A DNA stretch of 33,077 nucleotides from Myxococcales bacterium (GTDB taxonomy: Bacteria; Myxococcota_A; UBA9042; JABWCM01; BTVJ01): NCBI GenBank assembly GCA_045863395.1, contig BTVJ01000084.1, forward strand, positions 1 to 33,077, read 5' to 3'. Position 1 is the stretch's first letter, and each line of letters begins with the position of its first letter. The notes beneath the pieces were generated by a model, which saw nothing but the letters and a program-made list of their open reading frames with translations, was not told the DNA's origin and searched no databases. Both the position numbers and the translations under genes were made by a program. Below are positions 15,161 through 24,523 of this stretch, piece by piece.

Positions 15161-17064
15161 GGGCTCACCCCATTTGCCTTGAGCATCTCCCTGAGCCGCG
15201 CTCCGTCCAGATACTCGTGATCGATGAGCTCCTGTGCGGCCATGTCGAGGACTCCCCGGTGACTCTTGAGCAGGGCCATGACCCGGGCGTGGGCGTCATC
15301 GAGCAGGCGGCGCACCTCCTGGTCGATGAGGTCGGCGGTCTTCTCACCGACCCTCCTCCGCGCCGCCATGTCCGGCGTCAGGAACTGGGCCTTGCCCCCC
15401 GGCTCCTCGAAGGTGACCGGGCCGAGCGCCGGGCTCATGCCGAACTGGAGCACCATGCTCCGCGCGATGTCCGTCGCGCGCACCAGGTCGTTCTGCGCCC
15501 CCGTCGAGGGCTCGCCGTAGACCAGCTCCTCGGCGCAGCGCCCGCCAAGGAGCACGGCCAGCTTGTCCTGCAGCTCGCCCTCCGTCATCAGGTAGCGGTC
15601 CTCCGTGGGGAGCTGGAGCGTGTAGCCGAGGGCGTTCATGCCCCGCGGCACGATGCTGATCTTGTGCACCGGGTCGCCGGAGTCGACCAGCTCTGCGATC
15701 AAGGCGTGGCCGATCTCGTGGGCGGCCACGCGGCGCTTCTCGGGCTCCGTGATGATGCGGCCCTTCTTCTCCAGGCCCGCGACCACGCGCTCCACGGCCT
15801 CCTCCAGCTCGGCCATGCTCACGGACTCGCGGCTCCGTCGCGCCGCCAGCAGCGCGGCCTCGTTGATCAGGTTCGCGAGATCCGCGCCCACGAACCCGGG
15901 CGTCCGCGCCGCGAGCAGCTCCAGATCCACGTCGGGCCCGAGCTTCACGCCGATGGAGTGTACCTTCAGGATCGCGAGCCTCCCCGTCTTGTCCGGGCGG
16001 TCCACCAGCACCTGCCGGTCGAAGCGCCCGGCCCGCAGGAGCGCCGGATCCAGGATCTCGGGCCTGTTGGTGGCCGCCATCATGACGACGCCGGTGTTGG
16101 CGTCGAAGCCGTCCATCTCCACCAGGAGCTGGTTGAGCGTCTGCTCCCGCTCGTCGTTGCCGGTCATCATGCCGGCGCCGCGGGTCTTGCCCAGCGCGTC
16201 CAGCTCGTCGACGAAGATGATGCACGGGGCGCTCTTCAGCGCCTGCTCGAAGAGATCGCGCACGCGAGCCGCGCCGACGCCGACGAACATCTCCACGAAC
16301 TCGCTGCCGCTGATTGAGAAGAACGCCACCCGCGCCTCGCCGGCCACGGCCCGCGCCAGCAGGGTCTTTCCGGTGCCCGGAGGCCCGATGAGCAGCACGC
16401 CCTTGGGAATCCTTGCGCCGATGGTGATGTACCGCTCGGGGCGGCGCAGGTACTCGATGATCTCCTCGAGCTCCGCCTTGGCCTCGTCCACGCCGGCGAC
16501 GTCCGCGAAGGTGGTCTTGACGTCGTTCTCCTTGTAGACCCGCACCTTGCTCTTGCCGAACTGGAGCGCGCCCTGCCCCTCCTTGGCGCGGCGCGCCATG
16601 AAGGCGAAGAAGCCGACCACCAGCAAGAGCGGCAGGAGCCACGACAGCGCGACGATCCAGGCCCCGGAGCCGTCCCGCTGCCCCCGGTAGGAGACGCCGT
16701 GCTTCTCGAGCAGGGGCACCAGCGCCTCGTCGCCCCCGGGCAGCGCCTTGGCCTGGATCTGGCCGCCCCCTTGGAGCTTCTGCACGGTCTCCCAGGCCTG
16801 GGGCTTCTGGACCTCGGAGCCGCCGAACGCGGTGGCCACGTTGGCGTCGGGCCGCAGCGTGGCGACGATGTCCTCGTCGCCGATGACCAGCGAGGCCACC
16901 AGGTCGGCCTCGATGAGGCGCTTCAGGTCGCTGTAGGGCACGCCGGGGGACGACGGCTTGCCCATCTGGAGCAGGAGCAGCACCCCCAGGAGCCCGAGCA
17001 GCAGCAGGAACGGGAGGACCCCGCGTGGCCGCTTGAGGCCGGACTCGGGGCTTGGCTCAGCCAT
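15157..17064 (-). CDS. ftsH: ATP-dependent zinc metalloprotease FtsH
   Basis: Two TM helices, [53 protein letters not shown] and the HEIGH zinc motif. Start set at ATG 17064 with an AGAGGAG RBS. Confidence 0.96.
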   Translation of the reverse strand: MAEPSPESGLKRPRGVLPFLLLLGLLGVLLLLQMGKPSSPGVPYSDLKRLIEADLVASLVIGDEDIVATLRPDANVATAFGGSEVQKPQAWETVQKLQGGGQIQAKALPGGDEALVPLLEKHGVSYRGQRDGSGAWIVALSWLLPLLLVVGFFAFMARRAKEGQGALQFGKSKVRVYKENDVKTTFADVAGVDEAKAELEEIIEYLRRPERYITIGARIPKGVLLIGPPGTGKTLLARAVAGEARVAFFSISGSEFVEMFVGVGAARVRDLFEQALKSAPCIIFVDELDALGKTRGAGMMTGNDEREQTLNQLLVEMDGFDANTGVVMMAATNRPEILDPALLRAGRFDRQVLVDRPDKTGRLAILKVHSIGVKLGPDVDLELLAARTPGFVGADLANLINEAALLAARRSRESVSMAELEEAVERVVAGLEKKGRIITEPEKRRVAAHEIGHALIAELVDSGDPVHKISIVPRGMNALGYTLQLPTEDRYLMTEGELQDKLAVLLGGRCAEELVYGEPSTGAQNDLVRATDIARSMVLQFGMSPALGPVTFEEPGGKAQFLTPDMAARRRVGEKTADLIDQEVRRLLDDAHARVMALLKSHRGVLDMAAQELIDHEYLDGARLREMLKANGVSP

Positions 17065-17186
17065 CGTGGAACTCCTCTTCACCCCCTGGCAGGAGTGCTC
17101 CAGACCCTCTATGATGGGACGCCCCCAGAAGGAGCGCCACGGCACCGATGGTGCCGCATCGCGGCCGCCGCCACAAGGAGTGACCC

Positions 17187-20100
17187 ATGCGCCTGTACGC
17201 CCTACTGGCCCTTGCCCTGCTGATCGGATGCAAGAAGGCTGAGACCGCCCCGGCTGCGACTCCTGCCGCTGGAACGGCTGCCTCACAGAGCGCCAGCGGC
17301 GCCCGGGCCCAGCCCCCCGACCCGGGGCCAGCGCTGACGGCGCGGACGGGGCGCCCGGAGGCCAAGAAGGGGGCGGACATCACGGTGACCGCCAGCGCCC
17401 ACGAGGTGAAGGGCGGCCACGTGATCATCGCGGCGCCGCTGCCACAGGACATCGGGAGCCAGCTCAACCCGAGCATGACCCCCGACCTTCGCACCCTGCT
17501 CCCAGCAAGCGCGCGCGGCATGGCCGTCGTCGAGCCACCGACCAACGCGGCGCCCATGGGGCAGCTCCTGGTGCGCCTCGTCGGCACCGAGCCCCCCGCG
17601 ACGCTGGACCTGACCCTCGCCGAGCTTCCAGACCGCTGGGGCCGCTTCCTCGCGCGCCCCTGGACCCTGCGCACGGTCAAGATCGAGGCCATCGCCAAGT
17701 CTCCGGCCAGGAAGGACCTGGAGCCGACGTTCTGGGTGAACCTGGCGAGCTTTTTCGAGCGGTGGGACACCCAGGGCTGGGGGAGCCGCGCGCCCTTCGC
17801 CGGCTTCGCCCAGGGGCGGGCGGCGCGCCTCGGCGGGGGCACGGGGGCCGCGGCCGACGCCATCCCCGTGCGGGACCGCAGCGGCGACGTGGCGGAGACC
17901 ATGAGCCTCTACACGGGCATGACCTCCATCCAGGAGGCGCTGCAGGCCGACCGGGGCCTGCGCCTTCGCGGCGCGCCGGGCCCCCGTGACATCCCCATCG
18001 CGGACCTGAAGCCCGTCCCGCTGGCGGCCCACCCCTGGGACGCGATGATGACGAAGCTCGGCAAGCAGCCGGTCATGGAGCCCATGGCGAGCGTGGTGCC
18101 CGCCCGCATGATGTACCTGCACTTCAAGGACCTGCGAGTGGCCGTCCAGCTCGCCAACGACCTGTCGACCTGGCTCCAGCCCGCCGCCGAGCTCATCGAG
18201 GGCAACACGGGTACCTCCCGCATGGCGGAGCGCTACGAGCGGCAGCTCGTGGTGGAGCGCACCGGCCTCGCGGAGAAGCTCGGCCACCTGGCGTCGGACG
18301 GCACGGCCTTCATCGCCGGCGACCCCTTCTTCCGCGAGGGGACGGACGTGGCGATCCTCTTCAAGGTCAAGAACCGGACGCTCCTCACCACCGCGCTGGC
18401 AGGCTTCGAGGCGTCGGCGCGGGCGCGCCGGAGCGACCTGGGCGATTCCACCTATGAGATCTCCGGGCACACGGTGCGCCGCCTCTCGACGCCGGACCGG
18501 GAGTACGACCAGCACCGCGTCGAGCTGGGCGACGTCCTCATCCTCGCCAACAGCCGCGCCACCATCGAGGCGCTGGTCGCCGTCGCCGACAAGAAAGAGA
18601 AGTCCCTCGCGGAGTCCGGCGACTTCAAGACCTTCCGCACCATGGACCCGTTCGGCCCCGACGAGGACGGCTATGCCTTCCTGAGCGACGACTTCGTCGC
18701 CCACGCCATCAGCCCGGCGACCAAGGTGCTCGCGTCGCGGCGCATGCTCGCCGGGGCCGACCTGCGGACGGTCGGCTACGCGGCGCTGCTGCACGGCTGG
18801 CTGGAGGGGGAGACCCCGTCCCTGGAGGGGCTCGTCAAGGCGGGCTATCTGGCCCAAGAAGAGCTGAAGCACCAAGACGGCACGCCGATCCTGCTCGCAA
18901 CGACGGGCCCCAGCTCCACCACCTGGGGGCGCCTCGGCGCCATGACCCCGCTCTCCGAGCTGCGGGTGGACACCGTGACCGCCGAAGAGAAGCAGGCCTT
19001 CGAGGACTTCGCGCGCACCTATCAGGACTACTGGCGCGGCACCATCGACCCGGTCGGCATCCGCATCAAGCGGTCCGCGGACGGCAAGGCCCTGTCGCTG
19101 GACGGCCGCATGCTGCCCCTCATCGCCAACACCGAGTACGACTCGATCCTCGAGACGGTCGGCATGGCACGCATCGACGCCCAGGTGATGCCGTCGGGCA
19201 TCCGGTGGATGTTCGGCATCGGCGACAAGGCCTCGGCGCGGCGGGAGCTGGACGGCCTCGGCCGCATGATGGGCCGGAGCGACCTGGAGTTCGGCTGGCT
19301 CGGCACCTGGGTGGAGGTGGGCGCGCTCGACCGGAGCGGCCTCTGGGACCTGGTGCTGCTCGACAACACCCTGCCCCAGCCCGAGGGCGAGGACAGCTTC
19401 CGCTGGAGCGACCCCAAGACCTTCGAGGCCATCTCGCGGCTCCCGCTCTGGGCCGGCGCCCACGTGAAGAGCCAGCTCGGCCTGGCGGCCACGCTGACCG
19501 CCATCAAGGCGACTGTGTCCATGGCGGCGCCGGACCTGGTTGTCTTCGACGACGGGGGCACCTACCGGGACGTGTCCGTGGTCACCATCAAGCCGTCGGC
19601 AAAGGGGGCGTCCATGGAGCGGGGCCTGGACAAGCTCGCCCTTCACTACGCGACCCCGGCGGACCGCATCGTCGTGAGCCTGGACCGCCCGACGCTGGAG
19701 GCTGCCATCGACGCGGCCCTGGACGGCAAGGGCCCGAAAGCCCTGGAGCCCACCGCGACAGAGGGGGCGCAGGCCATGCTGACGGTCGGCAACCCCAGCG
19801 CCGAGAGCTGGCTCGGCAAGGCGGTGCTGGGGCTGCTGGAGCGCGAAGCGCGGGACGCCTTCCGGGGAGCCTACCGGGACGCGGAGGTCCTCCTGCGGGG
19901 GCTGCCCGGGGTCGCGCCGGGCTCCGAGGCATGGGATCAAGCGGCCCTGGGCTTCCTCGGGTCCATCCCCGCCTCGGCCCACGGCGGGACGTTCACAATG
20001 GAAGGGCCGCTCGTCGCCCACTCGCTCTACGGGTCCGAGGCGTCGCCCGCCTTCCCTGTGGTCCCCGTCGAGGGCTCTCCGGTCACGGAGCTGGCGCGGA

Positions 20101-20189
20101 GCCTGGAGAGCGTCTCCTTCGGCATCGCCTTCGAGGGCGAGGGCGACTTCCGGGGCCTCCGGGCGAAGGTGTCCTGGTCGAGGCGCTAG
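17187..20189 (+). CDS. Large putative lipoprotein of unknown function (1000 aa)
   Basis: AAGGAG RBS, lipobox LLIG-C, uninterrupted frame with strong GC3 bias. No family recognised. Confidence 0.88.
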   Translation: MRLYALLALALLIGCKKAETAPAATPAAGTAASQSASGARAQPPDPGPALTARTGRPEAKKGADITVTASAHEVKGGHVIIAAPLPQDIGSQLNPSMTPDLRTLLPASARGMAVVEPPTNAAPMGQLLVRLVGTEPPATLDLTLAELPDRWGRFLARPWTLRTVKIEAIAKSPARKDLEPTFWVNLASFFERWDTQGWGSRAPFAGFAQGRAARLGGGTGAAADAIPVRDRSGDVAETMSLYTGMTSIQEALQADRGLRLRGAPGPRDIPIADLKPVPLAAHPWDAMMTKLGKQPVMEPMASVVPARMMYLHFKDLRVAVQLANDLSTWLQPAAELIEGNTGTSRMAERYERQLVVERTGLAEKLGHLASDGTAFIAGDPFFREGTDVAILFKVKNRTLLTTALAGFEASARARRSDLGDSTYEISGHTVRRLSTPDREYDQHRVELGDVLILANSRATIEALVAVADKKEKSLAESGDFKTFRTMDPFGPDEDGYAFLSDDFVAHAISPATKVLASRRMLAGADLRTVGYAALLHGWLEGETPSLEGLVKAGYLAQEELKHQDGTPILLATTGPSSTTWGRLGAMTPLSELRVDTVTAEEKQAFEDFARTYQDYWRGTIDPVGIRIKRSADGKALSLDGRMLPLIANTEYDSILETVGMARIDAQVMPSGIRWMFGIGDKASARRELDGLGRMMGRSDLEFGWLGTWVEVGALDRSGLWDLVLLDNTLPQPEGEDSFRWSDPKTFEAISRLPLWAGAHVKSQLGLAATLTAIKATVSMAAPDLVVFDDGGTYRDVSVVTIKPSAKGASMERGLDKLALHYATPADRIVVSLDRPTLEAAIDAALDGKGPKALEPTATEGAQAMLTVGNPSAESWLGKAVLGLLEREARDAFRGAYRDAEVLLRGLPGVAPGSEAWDQAALGFLGSIPASAHGGTFTMEGPLVAHSLYGSEASPAFPVVPVEGSPVTELARSLESVSFGIAFEGEGDFRGLRAKVSWSRR

Positions 20190-20203
20190 CGAGGGGTGTG
20201 AGC

Positions 20204-20941
20204 ATGGACGACAGCCCCAAGCTACGCGATCTGCTGACGCAGTGCGACCTCGAGCACGTGGAGACCCGCTGCCAGATGTCGGGCGGCGCGCTCGCCCGTG
20301 GGTCGGAGCTGGACCGCCTGTTTGCGCAGAACCGGGAGTGGGCACGGCGCATCGAGGCGGCGGAGCCCGGCTACTTCGCGCGGGTGTCGCAGCTCCAGGC
20401 GCCGGAGTTCCTGTGGATCGGGTGCTCCGACTCCCGGGTGCCCGCCAACCAGATCATCGGGCTGCTGCCCGGGGAGGTCTTCGTCCACCGCAACGTGGCC
20501 AACGTGGTGGTGCACACGGATCTCAACTGCCTGTCCGTGATTCAGTTCGCCGTGGACGTGCTCAAGGTTCGGCACGTCATGGTGGTGGGCCACTACGGGT
20601 GCGGCGGTGTGACAGCGGCCCTGCGGGGAGAGCGGGTGGGCCTCGTAGACCTCTGGCTCAACCACGTCCAGGACGTGCGGTCCAGGCATGAGCTGCGCCT
20701 GGAGGGCGTGGCGCCCGAGCAGCGCGTCGACCGCCTGTGCGAGCTCAACGTGCTGGAGCAGGCGCTCCACGTGTGCAACACGGTGGTCGTGCAGGACGCG
20801 TGGCGGCGCGGGCAGGCGGTGACCGTCCACGGCTGGATCTACGGCCTGTGCGACGGCCTCCTGCGCGACCTGGGAATGACGGCCAGCGGCCCGGAGCACG
20901 TGGCCGCGCGCTACGCGGAGGCCCTGGCCCGGCTGGGGTGA
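20204..20941 (+). CDS. can: Beta-class carbonic anhydrase
   Basis: WIGCSDSRV, EVFVHRNVAN, GHYGCGGV, LCELNV and HGWIY. Start at 20204 or 20276; the longer ORF-track extension is spurious. Confidence 0.93.
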   Translation: MDDSPKLRDLLTQCDLEHVETRCQMSGGALARGSELDRLFAQNREWARRIEAAEPGYFARVSQLQAPEFLWIGCSDSRVPANQIIGLLPGEVFVHRNVANVVVHTDLNCLSVIQFAVDVLKVRHVMVVGHYGCGGVTAALRGERVGLVDLWLNHVQDVRSRHELRLEGVAPEQRVDRLCELNVLEQALHVCNTVVVQDAWRRGQAVTVHGWIYGLCDGLLRDLGMTASGPEHVAARYAEALARLG

Positions 20942-20981
20942 CGCCGTTTCGTATCACTTCGGCGGACCGAGGAGGACCGAG

Positions 20982-21848
20982 ATGGACGCAGAGGCGCGGC
21001 TCCAGGAGCTCTTGGAGCTGCTGGAGCTGGAGAAGATCGAGGAGCACATCTTCCGCGGGCGGAGCCAGGACCTGGGCTTCGGCAACATCTTCGGAGGCCA
21101 GGTGCTCGGGCAGGCGCTGTCCGCGGCGCTCCAGACCGTGCCCCCGGACCGCCCCACCCACAGCGCCCACGGCTACTTCCTGCGGCCCGGCGACCCGGCC
21201 CTGCCCATCGTCTACACGGTCGACGCCATCCGGGACGGGACCAGCTTCACCACGCGGCGGGTGGTGGCGGTCCAGAAGGGGCGCGCCATCTTCTCCATGG
21301 CGGCGTCGTTCCAGATCGTTGAGGGCGGCTTCGACCACCAGGACGAGGCCCCGGTGGTGGACGGTCCAGAGGGGCTCGTCTCCGACCTGGAGATTGCCCG
21401 CGCCCACGCAGACCGCATCCCGGAGACCGTCCGCGCCAAGCTGACCTGCGACCGCCCCATCGAGATCCGCGCGGTGGACCCCATCAACCCCCTGGCGCCG
21501 GACAAGCGCGCCCCCGACCGCCACTCGTGGTTTCGCGCCATGGGCCGCATGCCGGACTCCCCCGCCGCCCACCAGTGCCTGCTGGCCTATGCGTCGGACT
21601 TCGGCCTGCTCGGCACGTCGCTCTACCCCCACGGCCACACCTTCTTCGAGCGGAAGATGCAGGTGGCGAGCATCGACCACGCCATCTGGTTCCACCGGCC
21701 GGTGCGCGCGGACGACTGGCTCCTCTACGCCATGCACAGCCCGAGCGCGAGCGGCGGGCGGGGCCTGAACTTCGGCCGCATCTTCACGCGGGACGGGCGC
21801 CACGTCGCGTCCGTGGCCCAGGAGGGGCTGATCCGGTATCGGGGGTAG
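20982..21848 (+). CDS. tesB: Acyl-CoA thioesterase II
   Basis: FGGQVLGQAL, HSAHGYFLRPG, RDGTSFTTRRV, LAYASD, ASIDHAIWFH and VAQEGLIR. GAGGAGG RBS. Confidence 0.95.
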   Translation: MDAEARLQELLELLELEKIEEHIFRGRSQDLGFGNIFGGQVLGQALSAALQTVPPDRPTHSAHGYFLRPGDPALPIVYTVDAIRDGTSFTTRRVVAVQKGRAIFSMAASFQIVEGGFDHQDEAPVVDGPEGLVSDLEIARAHADRIPETVRAKLTCDRPIEIRAVDPINPLAPDKRAPDRHSWFRAMGRMPDSPAAHQCLLAYASDFGLLGTSLYPHGHTFFERKMQVASIDHAIWFHRPVRADDWLLYAMHSPSASGGRGLNFGRIFTRDGRHVASVAQEGLIRYRG

Positions 21849-21858
21849 CCTCGGGGGG

Positions 21859-24354
21859 TCAATCGGTGGAGGCGAGCCAATCCAGCCAGGCGTGAAGCAG
21901 GGTATAAGGCTTGGACGTGCCTTCCTGGACGCCCGCGAACAGGAAGGACGACGCGACGGCGCGCCCGCCCCCCGGCCCCTCGTGGACGACCGCGACGCCG
22001 AAGGGGTCGGGGCCCGCGCTGCGGAGGACGACACCCGCGGGAGACTCCAGGCGGGTGACGAGGCCGTTGAGGAGCGGGCTCTCGGCGGTGGCCCAGGACT
22101 CGCCGGCGAGAGGCCCGGCGCCGTCGAGGCCGCTGATCGGGCCCGTCCCCGGCGTGGCCGCGGCGGGGAACCAGGGCGCGAGGACAGGGGGGAGGCCGCC
22201 CGCGAAGGCGTCGCCCTCCAGGTAGACTCGGCCCCCGCCCTGCAGGTAGGCCGCCAGCTTCGCAGCCTGGCCGGCGGTGAGGCTCTGAGCGTTGGGCCAG
22301 ACTCCCAGCGTGGCGAGGACGACGTCGAAGGGAGACAGGTCCGGGTACGGCGCCAACGACGGCTGAATCTGCGACTTCACGGTGGTCTTCGGGAGCGCGG
22401 CGCGGATCGCCTCGGCGGCCCCGGGGGTCGCGCCGGTGGGAGCCCAGATCAGGATGCCGCCCTCGTACTTCACGACCAGATTGAAGGACTGCGCGGCGCT
22501 CAGGTCCCCGTCGCTCACGCGCACGGTCACGGTGGAGACCCCGGCGTGGGCCGACGCGGGAGTCCCGCTCAAGGAGATCGACCAGGTCCCGTCCACGGCA
22601 GAGTAGCTCGCCGCACTCTTCTTGACCCAGCTCGGCCCCTCGACCGTGAACACGAGCGGGTCGCCATCCGGGTCCGTCGCCTTGACGGGCATCCACCACT
22701 TCTGCCCGGCGCTCGCCACTTGGGGGCTCCCCGATGTCACGAACGTGGGGGCGCTTCCTGGCACCATGAACACGTCGTCGATGAACCACGCCCAGCTCCC
22801 GAAGGTGTTGGCGGTCTTCACGCAGAAGCGCAGGGCGACCTGCTGGGACGGCAGGAACGGCGTCGGTGGCGTGATCGAGACTCGGTGCGCGGTGGGGCCG
22901 GAGGCGCCCGTGGGGGAGTCCGACCACAGCTTCTGCGAGACGCCCGCCGCCGTGACCAGCTCCACCCGCAGCGAGATGGGCGCAGCGCTCGACGTGTGCG
23001 CGAACCAGCTCGTCCACCCGACCTGGAGCTTGGTGGAGTCTCCCGTGTCGTAGGTGGGAGTGACGACGCAGCTCTCGTGCCCCGGGTCTGCGATGGCGCC
23101 GCCGGCGAAGCGCAGCGCCTCGCCACCGGGAGTCTCCACGATGCTCCAGTGGCCGGCCTGCGGGGGCTGCCCCAGCTCCAGGAGGGAGAACCCCAACGCC
23201 TCGAGGCCGACGCCGTCGGACAGGAACGACTCCTTGAACACCGCGCCCTGGTTGCAGAGCGGAGTCACCGCGCACTTGCCTTGGGTGCAGGTCCGCTGCG
23301 TACAGGGGTCTCCGTCGTGCGGACAGTCATCGGGCAACGTGCAGCAGTTCGGCGCCGCGGGGGTCGGCACGTGACTGCACTTGCTGGCAGTGCAGACTCC
23401 CGTCGTGCAGGAGTCGTTGTCGGCGCAGGCGGTGTCCGCCGTGCAGCACCCGGGGGGGCCCGGCCCATACCTGCACTCACCCATGCTGCAAGACGTGAAC
23501 GCGCAGGGCATCGGAGGGCAGTCGTTGGTGACGCAGCACGTACCAGGCTCGAGGTAGTTCTTGCACGTATGCGTCGCAGGGTCGCAGGTATCCACCGTGC
23601 ACGCGTTGCCGTCGGAGCACTCTGGGTTGGTCGCGCAGCACGTGGGATCCGGCTTGACGCTATTGCACTTTCCGTCCGGGCCACAGGAGTTGACGGTGCA
23701 GACGTTCCCGTCATCGCAGTGCGCATCCTCGGTGCATGAGACGCACTTGTTGGAGGTCGCACCAGTCGTGGAGCACCACGTGGGGTAGGAGCAGTCGAGG
23801 TCCGACTGGCAGCACGCCTTGTCGCTGACATGGGTGTAATAGCAGACAGCGGGACCACCGTGCGACACGCACGCCGCCATGTAGCACGCATGTCCGGGCG
23901 TGCAGTCCGCCACCTCGTCGCAGGGGTTCGCGACATGAACGACCACGGAGTGCTTTGTGAACCAACCCACCAGTGGCTCCCCGTCGACACCGACGAGCCA
24001 GGCGCCGAGTCTGTGCGCCCCGAGTGGGACGCCCGTGAAGGTGAACACCGGCTCCGCAGACTCGCCGACGGACGTCGCATCCACGAACCACCGGATCTGC
24101 CCGTCGGCCCCCAGCGCGAAGCCGGTCACCTCCACAGTGACCTCGACATCCACGGGCTCGCTCGACTTGAACGTCGAGTGCGACTTTGGACTCGTGAACT
24201 TGATCGTGGCGAAGCTCACCGCGCTCTCCGCGACTCCGTAGGGAGCGGCCTGTGGCACCTCCTGCTCGGCACAGGCAACAAACGTCAGGGCTGCGGTGGC
24301 CAGCAGGACGAGGCGCCCCCTGACGCCCCCAATCGGCCGCGGATCGTCGTACAT
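21859..24354 (-). CDS. Multidomain surface lipoprotein, paralog A (Ig-like, Cys-rich CDDGNxCT repeats, beta-sandwich, cadherin-like, C-terminal alpha/beta domain)
   Basis: GGGAGG RBS then MYDD.., lipobox FVA-C, repeats CDDGNVCTVNSC and CSDGNACTVDTC, WFIDDV, ATDPDGDPL..VRVSDG, and YLQGGGRVYLEG. Confidence 0.88.
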   Translation of the reverse strand: MYDDPRPIGGVRGRLVLLATAALTFVACAEQEVPQAAPYGVAESAVSFATIKFTSPKSHSTFKSSEPVDVEVTVEVTGFALGADGQIRWFVDATSVGESAEPVFTFTGVPLGAHRLGAWLVGVDGEPLVGWFTKHSVVVHVANPCDEVADCTPGHACYMAACVSHGGPAVCYYTHVSDKACCQSDLDCSYPTWCSTTGATSNKCVSCTEDAHCDDGNVCTVNSCGPDGKCNSVKPDPTCCATNPECSDGNACTVDTCDPATHTCKNYLEPGTCCVTNDCPPMPCAFTSCSMGECRYGPGPPGCCTADTACADNDSCTTGVCTASKCSHVPTPAAPNCCTLPDDCPHDGDPCTQRTCTQGKCAVTPLCNQGAVFKESFLSDGVGLEALGFSLLELGQPPQAGHWSIVETPGGEALRFAGGAIADPGHESCVVTPTYDTGDSTKLQVGWTSWFAHTSSAAPISLRVELVTAAGVSQKLWSDSPTGASGPTAHRVSITPPTPFLPSQQVALRFCVKTANTFGSWAWFIDDVFMVPGSAPTFVTSGSPQVASAGQKWWMPVKATDPDGDPLVFTVEGPSWVKKSAASYSAVDGTWSISLSGTPASAHAGVSTVTVRVSDGDLSAAQSFNLVVKYEGGILIWAPTGATPGAAEAIRAALPKTTVKSQIQPSLAPYPDLSPFDVVLATLGVWPNAQSLTAGQAAKLAAYLQGGGRVYLEGDAFAGGLPPVLAPWFPAAATPGTGPISGLDGAGPLAGESWATAESPLLNGLVTRLESPAGVVLRSAGPDPFGVAVVHEGPGGGRAVASSFLFAGVQEGTSKPYTLLHAWLDWLASTD

Positions 24355-24474
24355 GGTGGGCCTCCCTGCGTGGAGAGGCGCCGCGGGGCGGCTGTCGCCC
24401 CCGGGCCGGCGCGCTGCACATCGCTCACTCTCCACCAGTAGCCGCAACGGGTGGCGCAGGCAAGCAGCAAGTTC
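24355..24474 (-). repeat. Upstream leader copy 1 (120 bp), direct repeat of 27050-27169
   Basis: Hand alignment gives 115/120 identical with no gaps, at offset 2695. Confidence 0.95.
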
Positions 24475-24523
24475 GGAGCTGGGGAAGCCTGGCGCGTCGC
24501 GTGAAACCGACGCCCGGCAACGG

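Noticed and set aside
17065..17286. Longer FtsH N-terminus from the ORF track
   Set aside because: It would overlap the divergent lipoprotein gene. ATG 17064 has an AGAGGAG RBS and gives a normal short N-terminus before TM1.
19205..20203. Apparent 578-aa fusion to carbonic anhydrase
   Set aside because: The upstream part is an alternate frame inside the 1000-aa lipoprotein gene. Carbonic anhydrase similarity begins only after about 20300.
24355..24474. Duplicated leader as an IS end, MITE or att site, or as an ECF/sigma54 promoter
   Set aside because: There is no transposase or integrase, no terminal repeat with target duplication, and homology continues into the CDS. The GAAC..CGTT spacing is 21 nt, too long for an ECF promoter, and no conserved GG-N10-GC exists in both copies.
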